Shown: positions 31,551 to 42,283 of the stretch, piece by piece
How the letters are laid out: each line of letters begins with the position of its first letter
Numbering within the stretch: the stretch's first letter is position 1
NCBI GenBank assembly: GCA_965205675.1
Contig: OZ242186.1
Coordinates: forward strand, 896,001-960,000
Direction: 5' to 3'
DNA from: Nitrosopumilus sp.
Lineage (GTDB): Archaea; Thermoproteota; Nitrososphaeria; Nitrososphaerales; Nitrosopumilaceae
DNA: 64,000 bases
Made by a program: the position numbers and the translations under genes
The notes under the pieces: generated by a model
Database searches by the model: none
What the model saw: only the letters and a program-made list of their open reading frames with translations
What the model was told of the DNA's origin: nothing

Positions 31551-32660
31551 TATAATTTTGTACAAATTCTCTCCTCTCCTTTAACATCCAATAAATCACC
31601 CTCAGGATCTTTGATGCACCAGCTACTGCAGCTTTGGATGATCCTCTTTTCTTTTTAATGCGATTGTAAAATTTTGTAATGTCACTATCCTTGGCATGAA
31701 TTGCATGAGTGTGTATGCATTCTGTTAGAACCCATCTCAATGTCATGCTTCCCCTTTTTGTTATTCTGCCATGGTGTATTGTATCTGCAGAGTTTCTAAC
31801 TGATGGTACAACTCCTGCATATGCACACAGTTTGTGAGAATCATTGAATCTCTCAATATCTGCAATCTCTGATGCAATGACAAGCGAAGAATAATGCCCA
31901 ATTCCCGGAATCGAGTTTATCAAAATTGCATCAGGATTAACTTTTACAGCAGCATACACTTTGGAATTAATCTCTGCAATCTGTAAATTAAGGTGGCTGA
32001 TTTGTTGCAAGAATCCGTCTATTCTGTAATCTCCTAGTGCCTTGAGTCTTCTGTTGTATGTTTCAGTGAATGTAACTCCTGGAATCCTGATTCCTTCCTG
32101 TAACAATATTCCATGAACTGAATTCTTGACAGATGTTCTCCATTGGATTAGTTTTTTCCTATATCTTACAAGCTGTCTTTGTTGTACAATCTTTTTGTCT
32201 GGAACATAACATGTGGCAATGTATCCTCCTCGTAAAAGATCTGCCAATATCTTGGCATCAATCTTGTCTGTTTTCTTTTTTGATGTAGCAATTGCCTTTG
32301 TCAAATATGGGTTTGAGAGTGTGACGTTTTTGTATCCCAAAGTATCTGTGAGAAATCGATACGTGTCATACCAGACTGATGAGGATTCCATTACAATATT
32401 TGCAGAAATTGGTATTTTTGCAAAATGCTTTTTTATGGATTCATGCGTGTTATCCACTTTGTCATTTTGTAATACTTTGCCTGCATCATCCATTTATTAC
32501 TTGAAGAAACTTCTTGTGCAGGTCAATGCCCACAAACATGCCTTTCTTTGGATTTTTTCTAATCTGTTTGTTTGTAATCTTTTTTGGAGCCGAGTATTTA
32601 CGAACCTTGGAACTAGATTCATTTTTTATGCTATCTGATTTCCTTGCTTTCTTATTCACA

Positions 32661-33994
32661 TATCCATGTGAATCCCTTTTAACTATTGTCGGTATTTTTG
32701 CCATATTAATTACAGCTTACGCTAATACACTCATACTTTCAATCACAGATGAAACCAGACACATATCCATTCGGGGTTCTCCCCCAGTACCATCTTCATC
32801 CATTTATTAGGTGAAACCGCGGTTATAGTTTCGAGGTATTATGCATCCTCAATGTGAAAACGCGGCCAAACTCCTAACTGTAATGTTTTACAAATTATTG
32901 ATGACATTGAATAAATTCTCTCCTCTCCTTTAACATCCAATATATGACACGCAATAACTTTGATGCAGCAGCAACTGCTGCCTTTGAGGTCCCCCTCTTT
33001 TTCTTAATGCGATTATAAAATTTTGTAATGTCGCTATCTGGTGCGTATCTAACATGTGCATGAATTGCCTCCACTAGCAACCATCTTAGCATGGTGCTTC
33101 CTCTCTTTGTAATTCTTCCGTGATGTATTGTATCTGCAGAATTTCTCACCGATGGAACAATCCCTGCATATGCACATAACTTGTGAGAATTTGAAAATCT
33201 GCTAATCTCTGCAATTTCTGAGAATATGCTCAATGCAGTGTATGGTCCAACTCCAGGTATTGATGTCAAAATACACACATCAGAATTATCATTTACCATG
33301 CGACGTATCATGGAATCTATCTTTGCAACCTCCTTTTTGTGAAATTTTATGCTTTGTAGGTACGAATCTATTCTATAACTCTCCAATTTTCCAAGTGCAC
33401 GTATGTGTTCTGAGGAAAATGGTGTTGCTTTGATATGGATTCCCTCCTGTAGTGTAATACCATGTATGGAATTCTTCATCTTTACAATGATGCGCACAAT
33501 CTTGTGTCGATGTCTTACAAGCTGTCTGTATTGCACAATTGTGTGATCTGGCACAAATGATTCTGCAATGTATCCCTCCTCGTAGCAAATTTGCAAGATG
33601 GTACGCATCAATTTTATCAGTCTTTTTGAGTGATGATGCTATTATCTTTGTGTTGTATGGATTAGATAGTATAACATCAAGATGTAATTTGTCTGTCATG
33701 TGTCTATAAAGGCCATACCAGACAGATGATGACTCTAAAACATATTTTGCGTTCTTTGGAATTTTGGATGTAATTTTGCTAATAGCAGAAAAATCACTGG
33801 AAATCTTTTTGTTAAATAATAATTTGCCAATCTCATCTACTGCTGCCACCTGTACAGAGTTCTTGTGAACATCCAATCCTACAAACATCAAATATTTTTT
33901 TTCAGGAAGGGTAGTGTGTTTGTTTGCATTTCTTACTTTCTTGATACGAATGCAAGTACCATCTAATTTCCTAGCTGATTTTGGCACATATGGT
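32661..33994 (-). mobile_element. IS110/IS1111-type element A, copy 1 (1334 bp)
   Basis: VGLDVH, VLESS, KTDKIDA, SVRNSA; near-identical to 57076-58409; transposase 32895-33987 with a frameshift. Confidence 0.95.
32705..32885 (-). ncRNA. Bridge/seek-type guide RNA of IS110-A, copy 1 (ends approximate)
   Basis: Reverse complement of the copy-2 RNA at 58185-58365. Confidence 0.75.
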
Positions 33995-34155
33995 TATAGT
34001 TATTCCCTTTGGCCTTCCAGGCTTGCCTAGAATCGGAATTGCACCAGTACGGCGATACCGTGAGTAGAGTTTCTGCACCCACCGAACAGATATCTTCATG
34101 GATGAGGCTACGTCTGCGTTCTTGGCACCATCCTCTTTTGACTTGATTATCCAGG

Positions 34156-35545
34156 GTAACTGTCTAGAGTTTTGAAGTAAAATCTCCAAGATATTCTAAA
34201 GAATAATCATGAAAGTTTAATCCTCGTAATCTGCATGTCTCCTTTATACTCATCAGTATCTTATGAGAATCAGCACCATGAATGGTTCTATGACCGTTTG
34301 TAATTTTACGAATTATCACATTTGGTCTGATTGCCCTCTCTGCTGTGTTATTGTGTGAATCAGTTCCAGTAATTAGGAATGTAAAAAGCATTTTTCTCTC
34401 ACGTTTCAATCTTTTTACAAACCTGATACAGTTTTTCTCTGTGTATTTTTTTGATATGATGTGATTAATTCTCCTTTCAAGATTCTTTTTTGCATGGATT
34501 CTTTCTGATTCTGATTTTATTTTTGCCACACCATGAGAGTCATAAATTATTTTCTTGAGATTCTTGGCAAATGGTGCAAATTCTGGTCCGGGATTCTTGT
34601 GATTAATGGTATCATTAACCTCTCTGAGATAATGGATGTGACATTTCTGGTGAGTGCTTCCAACATGGTTCCATGCAGGGTACGAATCACTTGTAATGTT
34701 GCCATCATATCCCTTGAGAATTCTCTTGGGAACATCCATTGAACGTGATTTGTCAATCTCGTAAATTACAGTCCATTTACTCACAAATGCCCACAACCAG
34801 TGGTTCTGGCCATCTACCCTCCAACTTGTCTCATCACCATGTATGTTTAGATCTTCTTTTAACTCCACAATCATTGTATCATATCTGCTCCCAAATGCTT
34901 TTGATACTATTGATACTGCATGATTAATTGCAGATTCTGTAATGTGCAGTGAGAAGAGCATCTGCAAAAGATGAGATATTTTACCATACGATAATCCGAT
35001 AGTTTTTAGTGATGTGATTAGCACCATGAGCCTAATTCCAAACCTTTCATTTGACAGTACAGTGTGAATGTTACCCGAGATTTGTTTTTTGCAGTTTGTG
35101 CAGTATCGTCTAACTATCGTATATTTTGTCACAACTGCTTTTGCAGGAATGATGTCTTCTACTATTCTGGTGTATGAATCAGTTGGTTCTGAGAGTGATT
35201 TGCCACATGTGTTGCACTCTTTTTGGTCAACTGTAATGGCATCATCAATGTGTGCCCGTCTGCTTCTGCTTTTTCTAGGATGTCTTGATGTTTTCTTCTT
35301 TTTTGCAGTTTCAGTCTTGTTTGGTTTTGCTTTGATATTTCTTGCAACAAGTGTAGACACTGTTTGTTTTAGTTCTGCAATTTCTCTGTGTAACTGACGG
35401 TTTTCTTGCTCCAACGAGTGACATCTGTTGCGATAATATTCCAGCTCATCATATACTGACAATTGTATATTGTAATTTGTCACTGATCAGAAAAGATATA
35501 GATAAAAAATATTAAAGAAAGTACTTCAAAACTCTAGACAGTTAC
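34156..35545 (-). mobile_element. IS66-family single-ORF element; transposase 34164-35483 intact
   Basis: 24-bp perfect TIR gtaactgtctagagttttgaagta, 8-bp TSD tatccagg; HGDETSW, HQKCHIH, NNTAERAIRP. Confidence 0.95.
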
Positions 35546-35663
35546 TATCCAGGATATCTGGATTGGATCTAACTTTTGCATAATCTTGTGATTCTTTCCT
35601 CTTTTCCAAACGTATCTTGACTTTAGTCTGGAAATGATGGGGTGAACTAATTTGAGGATAATA

Positions 35664-36176
35664 GAGTCTTCGAACTTTGTTTCCCAATTCTGCTTAACAC
35701 TTTCATTCTCAAAACAAATCAAACATCTAATTCTGATTCATCTCCTGTGCTAATGCATCATCAATCATCAAATTGTAAATCATGACCTTGAATTTTATCT
35801 CCCTTATCACGTTACACCAAACTCTGGCTGAAATATTCTCTCCAAGAACTCTCTTGAATGTGGAAATTGCAATCTCTGCAGACCAGCGTCTTCCATAACC
35901 AACTCTAATTTTCCATTTGTTTCTATTCTGTATCTTTTGCTCATTTGTTAAATGATTAAACATTTTCACATTTTTACGATTCATTTTACAATTGCCAAGC
36001 TGCATGAAACCTTGCTTCTTTCTTGCAGTGCTTTTATTTGCCTTACCTGAGAAATTCTTTCTTATTGGAATAATTGGAATTGCATTTCTCTTTTCACATT
36101 CATCAAAATTGTCTTTGGAATCATATGCACCATCGGCTAGAACCTTGATTACATTTCCTTTCTGTGATGCTTATGC
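35664..36176 (-). pseudogene. 3' half of an IS5-family transposase abutting the cofC 3' end
   Basis: VLADGAYDSKDNF...GYGRRWSAEIAISTFKR; similar to 39599-40465. Confidence 0.8.
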
Positions 36177-36811
36177 TGGCCGTTTAGTATTTCTTTAATT
36201 TTCTCTGAAATCTCTGGCTTTTCATTTTGTTCTAGTAAAAATTTCAAGTCTTTTGCATTATCTACATCCCACATTATTCGTTTGACAAACACCATTGCAA
36301 CATTTAGGGTCTTTTCTTTTGCAGTGTTCATGTGAATCTTATAGCTATCCTCGTCATAGTGGGTCTCCATCAAATCAATTGGCATTCTAACTAGTGCATT
36401 AGTCCCATCAAATCTTCTAGATGGAACAATGATTGCAAAATTTGGGTGTGTCTTGTAGTTTAGCATAAAGTCAATATCTTGAGTTTTGATAAATGGTATG
36501 TCTTGTGGAAATACAATTGATGCATCAAAGCTCTTCCCTAAAAGATACTCATCAGCTAATGCCACTGCATTATTGACACTTTCTTCTTTTTCATCAATGA
36601 TGGTGACTGTATCGAATTTCTTTCCAATCTTTATTGCTTTTTCTTCTTTTGTAACCATTATTGTTTTTTCAATTTGAGGTGAAATAGATAATGTATGTAA
36701 AATCTCCTCTAACATAACAATGCATAAATCTTCAACTTGTTGTGGCGATAAACCTAGGCGTGTTTTTGCTTTAGAGAAAGTCTTTACAGGAATTATTGCT
36801 GCTATTTTCAA
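36149..36811 (-). CDS. cofC: 2-phospho-L-lactate guanylyltransferase
   Basis: IIPVK..AKTRL, DGTNAL, WDVDN; next to cofD. Confidence 0.9.
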   Translation of the reverse strand: MKIAAIIPVKTFSKAKTRLGLSPQQVEDLCIVMLEEILHTLSISPQIEKTIMVTKEEKAIKIGKKFDTVTIIDEKEESVNNAVALADEYLLGKSFDASIVFPQDIPFIKTQDIDFMLNYKTHPNFAIIVPSRRFDGTNALVRMPIDLMETHYDEDSYKIHMNTAKEKTLNVAMVFVKRIMWDVDNAKDLKFLLEQNEKPEISEKIKEILNGQHKHHRKEM

Positions 36812-36812
36812 A

Positions 36813-37733
36813 TTATACGTGTACTTGTTTTAAAATGAAATTTGCTAATGCATCTTCTGCTAGTTTATTTTTCATAGTAATTTTTGTCTCAAACACTTTC
36901 ATGTCCAAACTCTGAATTTTCTTTGATAGCATTTTGTCTTTGGTATCTATAATGATGTTTGAGCATACATCTGAATACATTTTTGCTAATCCATATGCGT
37001 TTGATTCTATTCCTGCTGCTTGCATGTATTTTGCAGCAGGACCGCTAATTGCATTGTCTCCAATTAATGGACTGATTGCAACTACTTTCTTTTTTATTTT
37101 TGATAGTTCTTTTCTAATTCCTTTTATCTGAAGCATTGGACCAATTGATGTTAGTGGATTTCCCGGTGCTAAAATTATCATGTCTGCATCATGAATTGCA
37201 TTTATTGCTTCTGGATTTGGACGAGCTTTGTCTGCTCCGATATATTGAATTCCTTCTACGGGGTCTTTTCCTCTATGTTTAACCCAATATTCTTGCAAAT
37301 GCAATTCTCCTTTCTCTGTAGTAATTCTAGTTTCTATACTGTTATCTGTAACTGGAATGATATTTGCACTAACTGCAAATTTTTCACACATCCATTTTGT
37401 AATGTCACTTAGATTTTTTCCATTCTTTAACATGTTAGTTCTAATCAAATGAGTGGCCGCATCTCTGTCTCCCACTCTGAACCATGTCTCCTCCCCAAAA
37501 ACTTCCATTTGACGTAAAAAGTTGAATGTGTCTTTTTTCATCCCCCATCCCCTTTCTTGATCAAGCAAATCTGCTAATCCGTATACTATGGTATCAATGT
37601 CTGGACATACGTACAATCCGTATAACCAATAGTTATCTCCAACATTACTAATCACGTTGACTTTGGATTCTTGAACAACTAGTCCTCGAACCAGTTTAAC
37701 TGACCCTGTTCCTCCTGCTAAGACTGTAATCAT
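36813..37733 (-). CDS. cofD: 2-phospho-L-lactate transferase
   Basis: LAGGTGSVKL, GLYVCPDIDT, GDRD, HLQEYWV, PGNPLTSIGP. Confidence 0.95.
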   Translation of the reverse strand: MITVLAGGTGSVKLVRGLVVQESKVNVISNVGDNYWLYGLYVCPDIDTIVYGLADLLDQERGWGMKKDTFNFLRQMEVFGEETWFRVGDRDAATHLIRTNMLKNGKNLSDITKWMCEKFAVSANIIPVTDNSIETRITTEKGELHLQEYWVKHRGKDPVEGIQYIGADKARPNPEAINAIHDADMIILAPGNPLTSIGPMLQIKGIRKELSKIKKKVVAISPLIGDNAISGPAAKYMQAAGIESNAYGLAKMYSDVCSNIIIDTKDKMLSKKIQSLDMKVFETKITMKNKLAEDALANFILKQVHV

Positions 37734-37849
37734 ACCATATTCCTCTAAAACTGAATATTGTTGTATCTTTACTTAATATTACTTTTTCAAACACTGCCGA
37801 TCTAGGTAATTGGGATAAGTTTATTAGCACAATTTCATGGATTTTACTC

Positions 37850-39217
37850 GTGTCTCGGGCTGTAATATTGTCTGTTTTGCTATCTGCTTTTATCATTGTT
37901 GGTATTGTTACTCCTGTTTGGGCCGCCCAATTAGATGCTAGGATTAATCCTAACGATGAACTATCTCCATTTAAAATAAATTATCAAAAAACTATCTTCA
38001 TTGAATATCCAAACGGTGGAAATCTCTTTGATGAATTACAAGGAAAAGAGTGGACTATATCTGGAATTGCTGATTCTTCCGATCCTGGTGTGCAGATTCT
38101 GATGGAAGAATTGAATCGTGGCATTGCAAATGATGGAAGTCAAGCTCAAATTGATGACTTGGTTGTAACTTATGATTTTCATCTCAAAGCAAGAAACATC
38201 CAAACTTCAATTGATTATCGTGTAGTTCTAGAAGGTACTCTAGGTGATTATGTAATTACAGATGATGGTCAAAGAATTTTAGTTGACTTAGGTTGGAGAG
38301 GAATGACTACTGATAAAGAAATTACAATTGATGGTGTTGAAATTAATATCCCAATCAACCTTTTACGAGATCAAGAACCTGAAGTTTATACTTATTTTGC
38401 TAACACTGAAGCCGAAGAAGTTTTAGGCAAACATCTTATCAATGCTGATTTTATTTTAGAACAACCATTAACTAACTGGCACTTTTTATTTGATCCAACT
38501 GGCATCAATGTAGATGCTGGAACATTTGGATTAGATGATACGATTGCAGGATTTGTTGTATCTTCATGGACTATGGGTGAAAGTAGTATTAGAGAAGGAA
38601 GACAAGTCGAAAGAGTTTTTGAAGCTGTCGTTATTTCTGATCAAACTTACACTGTAAGAAGTATTCAATCCTCAGACCAAGCAAATCTGTCTGCAATAGG
38701 ATTTGGCGCTTTGGATGTTTTAGATGGTGTCGAAATTATCGGTGTTACTCCAACTCCTTCTGAAGATTATATGACTACGTCAACTGGTGACTTTCCAGTT
38801 TTCATTGTTTATGGTATGGCTGGAATTGCAGCAGTTGCCGGTATTGCATTTTTCTTTATCAGTAGCAGATCTCTTAAAAATGAAAGACAAGGTCAGCAAG
38901 GAATTGATCCAAATAGGCTGGTAGGATACGAAACTAGTGATTCCTCTGGAGGTTACAAGACCAACAGAGGGGAAGCTCAACTAAAAGATGATGCAGATTA
39001 TCAACAAACTCGTAGTCATTATGATAATTCTTCACAACAGAACTCCCCTCCCCCTCAAATAGATTCTTCGTCTGAAGAAGAAGCTGCATGTGGGTGTGCC
39101 GCATCTGTTGAAATGGGTTCTGAATGTGATTGTGTCATGCAAGGTGCATGTCTTTGTGATGGAACTTGTAAATGTGGTGCAGATATCTGTAAAGAGTACG
39201 TCAGTTCAATGAACTAG
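37850..39217 (+). CDS. Membrane-anchored hypothetical protein with Cys-rich C-terminal tail
   Basis: Signal peptide, single TM, tail CGC..CDC..CLC..CKC..C. Confidence 0.75.
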   Translation: MSRAVILSVLLSAFIIVGIVTPVWAAQLDARINPNDELSPFKINYQKTIFIEYPNGGNLFDELQGKEWTISGIADSSDPGVQILMEELNRGIANDGSQAQIDDLVVTYDFHLKARNIQTSIDYRVVLEGTLGDYVITDDGQRILVDLGWRGMTTDKEITIDGVEINIPINLLRDQEPEVYTYFANTEAEEVLGKHLINADFILEQPLTNWHFLFDPTGINVDAGTFGLDDTIAGFVVSSWTMGESSIREGRQVERVFEAVVISDQTYTVRSIQSSDQANLSAIGFGALDVLDGVEIIGVTPTPSEDYMTTSTGDFPVFIVYGMAGIAAVAGIAFFFISSRSLKNERQGQQGIDPNRLVGYETSDSSGGYKTNRGEAQLKDDADYQQTRSHYDNSSQQNSPPPQIDSSSEEEAACGCAASVEMGSECDCVMQGACLCDGTCKCGADICKEYVSSMN

Positions 39218-39598
39218 TCTTTCATTCTTATTATTTTCTACACAAGACATATGCGACTTGAAAGATACTTGTTTTGATGAGACAAAATATTCCATACATG
39301 GTAAAACGAGATGGATTTCCACCTTGGGGAGTACATGAGGATTTATGTCACATTACAGTTAAAAAAAAGTAGAGGTACAAATGCATTGCAAAAACGTTTC
39401 CCATCATTTGCAAGAGTTACAGTATGTGTGATGGATAAACACCATGTGGAATATTTGATGCAAGACCGAGATGATGCATAAGTCCATATATTGTGTGAGA
39501 CAAGACATACATTTAAAAAACTAGAAACAGACAATGCTTTGTTTCCCAACCCCAAATAACCATCAACACTCTTTGATGCTTTGAAATCATTTCTGATT

Positions 39599-40465
39599 CT
39601 ATTGCATTGCAATCATTTTATTGTACAGACAAACTTTCATTTTCAATTCATGAATCATGTTTTCTCTCTTGTGCGATGTCACATGCTCTCCAAACATTCT
39701 TTTGAATACAGAGAATACTCCCTCTACAATCCATCTATCCCCATAGCTTACGCTGAGCTTCCATAGATCCAAGTTATACAATTGTGCCAAAACAGACTTT
39801 CTCCGAGGATAACAATCAGTTACAACTGATGAGTTTTTTCTTGTTTTAATTGCAGGTAGAATATCATTATCATAATACAGATATGAAAAATTATCCTTTG
39901 TATCATATGCACCATCAGCCAAAGTTTTAGTGACATTGCCAAACTGTTTTGATTGCTCAACTAGCGATATGAAATGTTTTGAATCATGTGACTTGTCATC
40001 TGTAATATCAATCCCTGTGATCTGTTTAGATTTCACATCTACTGCCACATGAATTTTAAGAAATCCTCTTCTCTTCTGCCATTTCTGTCTCATCCACTCA
40101 CCTCTGTCTGCAACCTTGATTCCAGTTGAGTCTATTGCAATGACAATGTCTTTTCCTAGTTTTGGATTCATCTTGATGTCAAGTTTGTTGACACGTTTCC
40201 AAATGGCAGAATATGTGGGAGTCTTTGTTTTGGATTGGAGGTGTGATTTTATCAGACCTTCTGTTTGTCTGAATGGAAGATGCAAATAGAGATGACAGTA
40301 TCCTAGCGCCTCCATGAATGATTCGGGATAGACAAATCGATGACCTTCCTTTTTGTGATTCATCTCTTTTAGTTCCATACTCCATGATTCCATTGCGTCA
40401 AAGGACAACATGATTTCTCCACGTCTAACTAGTGTTTTGTTGTAATTTTTCCAGTTTCTGTTCAT
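39599..40465 (-). mobile_element. IS5-family transposase (intact ORF; element ends not resolved)
   Basis: NWKNYNKTLVRRG, IDSTG, KIHVAVD, ADGAYD, RWIVEGVFSVFKR. Confidence 0.9.
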
Positions 40466-40990
40466 GGAATAATACAGAATATTCTGATCTAAAGCTTGGG
40501 TGATGAAATTAATTGGATCAACTAGTCATGTTGGGAAACACAGCAACAGACAATTCAGAATCATTGTATTGTTCCTTGCAGAAATTATTTTGCAACATAA
40601 AAGATGCGCATGTAAATCAGTTGAACGAAGATGACGGTGCTACAATAAATCCATCTGAGAGGACTGCCTCTGAGCATCCAAACAAAAAAATTAAAAAAAG
40701 TTTTGTGTTACACTAAACAACGCAAAAGACGATCTGTTTACGTTTTTGTTGTATGACAACATAGAACCTGCAAACAACAGGCAGAGCTGAACCCTGCATT
40801 ACGAGAATTTGTCATTTACACGAAGATTAGAGTATGTGTTAGAATTAGAAAGAAATGGACATGTCTGGAAATCTGATGAGTTACGTCATGACTGAAAATA
40901 TGCAAAGATGCAAATCTTTTGCATGAGATTGTAAAGTATGTGTTAGTTGGGACATAAGCACACACGTTTTTTGTATGTATTTTAAAAATA

Positions 40991-41273
40991 ATGTGTGCTG
41001 GGAGTAACCCTCCTTCTGTTTTCACGATATTTCGCTTTGCAGCCTACCTGAACCTAGTACAAGAACTTTGAGTTCTGTTTGGCTTTGCTCCATGTGGGTC
41101 GTCTTTTTCATTCCTTTTATGGAAACCTCAGGTTTTGCCATCACTGTGCGCCATATTGGATTTTTTTCTGTTACGTTGCCAACCATCTCTGGTTATCTAT
41201 CTCCAGATCACATTTCTTGTATGGAGGGAGGAGTTTCCTCTGCCGTAGCAGCGTGTCGTGCTCCAGCTCACAT
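40991..41273 (-). ncRNA. rnpB: Archaeal RNase P RNA
   Basis: Minus strand GAGGAAACTCCTCCC near 5' end and AACAGAAGGAGGGTTACT near 3' end (P4 pseudoknot); terminal helix atgtgagctgg/ccagcacacat. Confidence 0.9.
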
Positions 41274-41304
41274 AAAGAATATACAAAGTTATAGAATTTA
41301 TGTA

Positions 41305-41934
41305 TTATTTCGTAGGTTTTGTGCCTGTGATAAATAGTGTTCCATATTCATGTTTCCACTTTTTCTTGCTTTTCAAATCTTTGAGATGTTCTGTTTTGAC
41401 CTCAAAGCCTGTCTCTTTGAAGAATTTCCTCCATTCTTTTTTTGAATGCAAATGCATCTGAATTTTCATAATTTTTGCCCATCTTGTTGTTGCCTTGTTG
41501 TCTGTGTAAAAATCAGTTCCACAAAAAAATTGTCCTCTAGGTTTTAACAATTTGTATATTTTTTCAAGTGCAATTTCAATAGAATCTGCATAGTATATAG
41601 ACTCCATGGAAAAAACAAAATCAAATTTTCCTTTGTACCTCATTGATTCAATATCTGTATGAATAAATTCTTCTTTCTTATTTTTTGCCTTTTTTTTAGA
41701 TTGAATGATCATCTTTTTACTTTTATCAATTCCTATGGCTTTTTTACAATTTTTCTCCGCGGCTATTCTTCTAATTACCCATCCATTCCCACATCCAACG
41801 TCTAAAAATGTAAATGGCTTGTTAAATGATATGGATTTTAAAAATCTCAAAACATTTGTTCCGTGTTCTATTTCCATTAATTCTGCTTTTCCGTTTTGAG
41901 CCCACTTGTCAAAAGTTTTTCTTACTTTGTCCAT
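41305..41934 (-). CDS. Class I SAM-dependent methyltransferase
   Basis: FLDVGCGNG, FDFVFS. Confidence 0.88.
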   Translation of the reverse strand: MDKVRKTFDKWAQNGKAELMEIEHGTNVLRFLKSISFNKPFTFLDVGCGNGWVIRRIAAEKNCKKAIGIDKSKKMIIQSKKKAKNKKEEFIHTDIESMRYKGKFDFVFSMESIYYADSIEIALEKIYKLLKPRGQFFCGTDFYTDNKATTRWAKIMKIQMHLHSKKEWRKFFKETGFEVKTEHLKDLKSKKKWKHEYGTLFITGTKPTK

Positions 41935-42283
41935 TTTCTTGTTTTTTATCTCTACGGTAACTGTAAATAATTCTAACTAAGATAAAGGCAACATTGAGGA
42001 TATGTGAGTATCGTACGAATCCATGTCTGCCATTCTTTGTTTGGACCATGCCATGAAAACAAAAGAGTTACTCTGCCTGAGTATTGGCGTATGATTGTTA
42101 CAGAATATGTTTGATTTCTGCTCTAGTTTTGTTGATGATTTCTAGGGCGTGCCGATTTTGGAGAAAATTTACATGTACTGAGTTAACAGCAATATTAAGA
42201 GATCTCAAAGTTAGCCGTTTCAAAATATCCTCATATCATAACTGCTTAAGTTTTAAGTATAACGTATATCGTTTTGTATCGTT

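Larger units (their letters stand above)
31342..32660 (-). mobile_element. IS110/IS1111-type element B (body; its left 6 nt lie at 33995-34000)
   Basis: VGIDLH, VMESS, KTDKIDA (DEDD), SVRNSA; frameshift near 32490; right end ttcacatggata, body starts tgtgaa. Confidence 0.92.
30580..35663 (-). mobile_element. IS481-family element split by nested IS110-B/IS110-A and IS66 insertions
   Basis: Pieces 35546-35581 (MQKLDPIQISWI), 34001-34155 (HTH, to GRPKGI) and 30607-31341 (WHTDWK, LTDHGSQF, PQTNGKLERF) rejoin in frame; TGT-start end at about 30580 with degenerate partner at about 35640-35663. Confidence 0.88.

Noticed and set aside
32486-32704. Idea that the IS110 transposase gene is split by its recombination site and completed on circularisation
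   Set aside because: The donor guides and junctions place accata at A's left end, so the circle junction reads cat-gga-TAA (stop); the fusion exists only at A-host junctions.
32514-32810. ORFs 32514-32810 (+), 58260-58520 (-) and 31222-31503 (+)
   Set aside because: Antisense shadows across IS110 junctions and the guide-RNA regions.
41068-41337. Short ORFs 41068-41337, 41079-41294 and 40816-41025
   Set aside because: They overlap the RNase P RNA gene.
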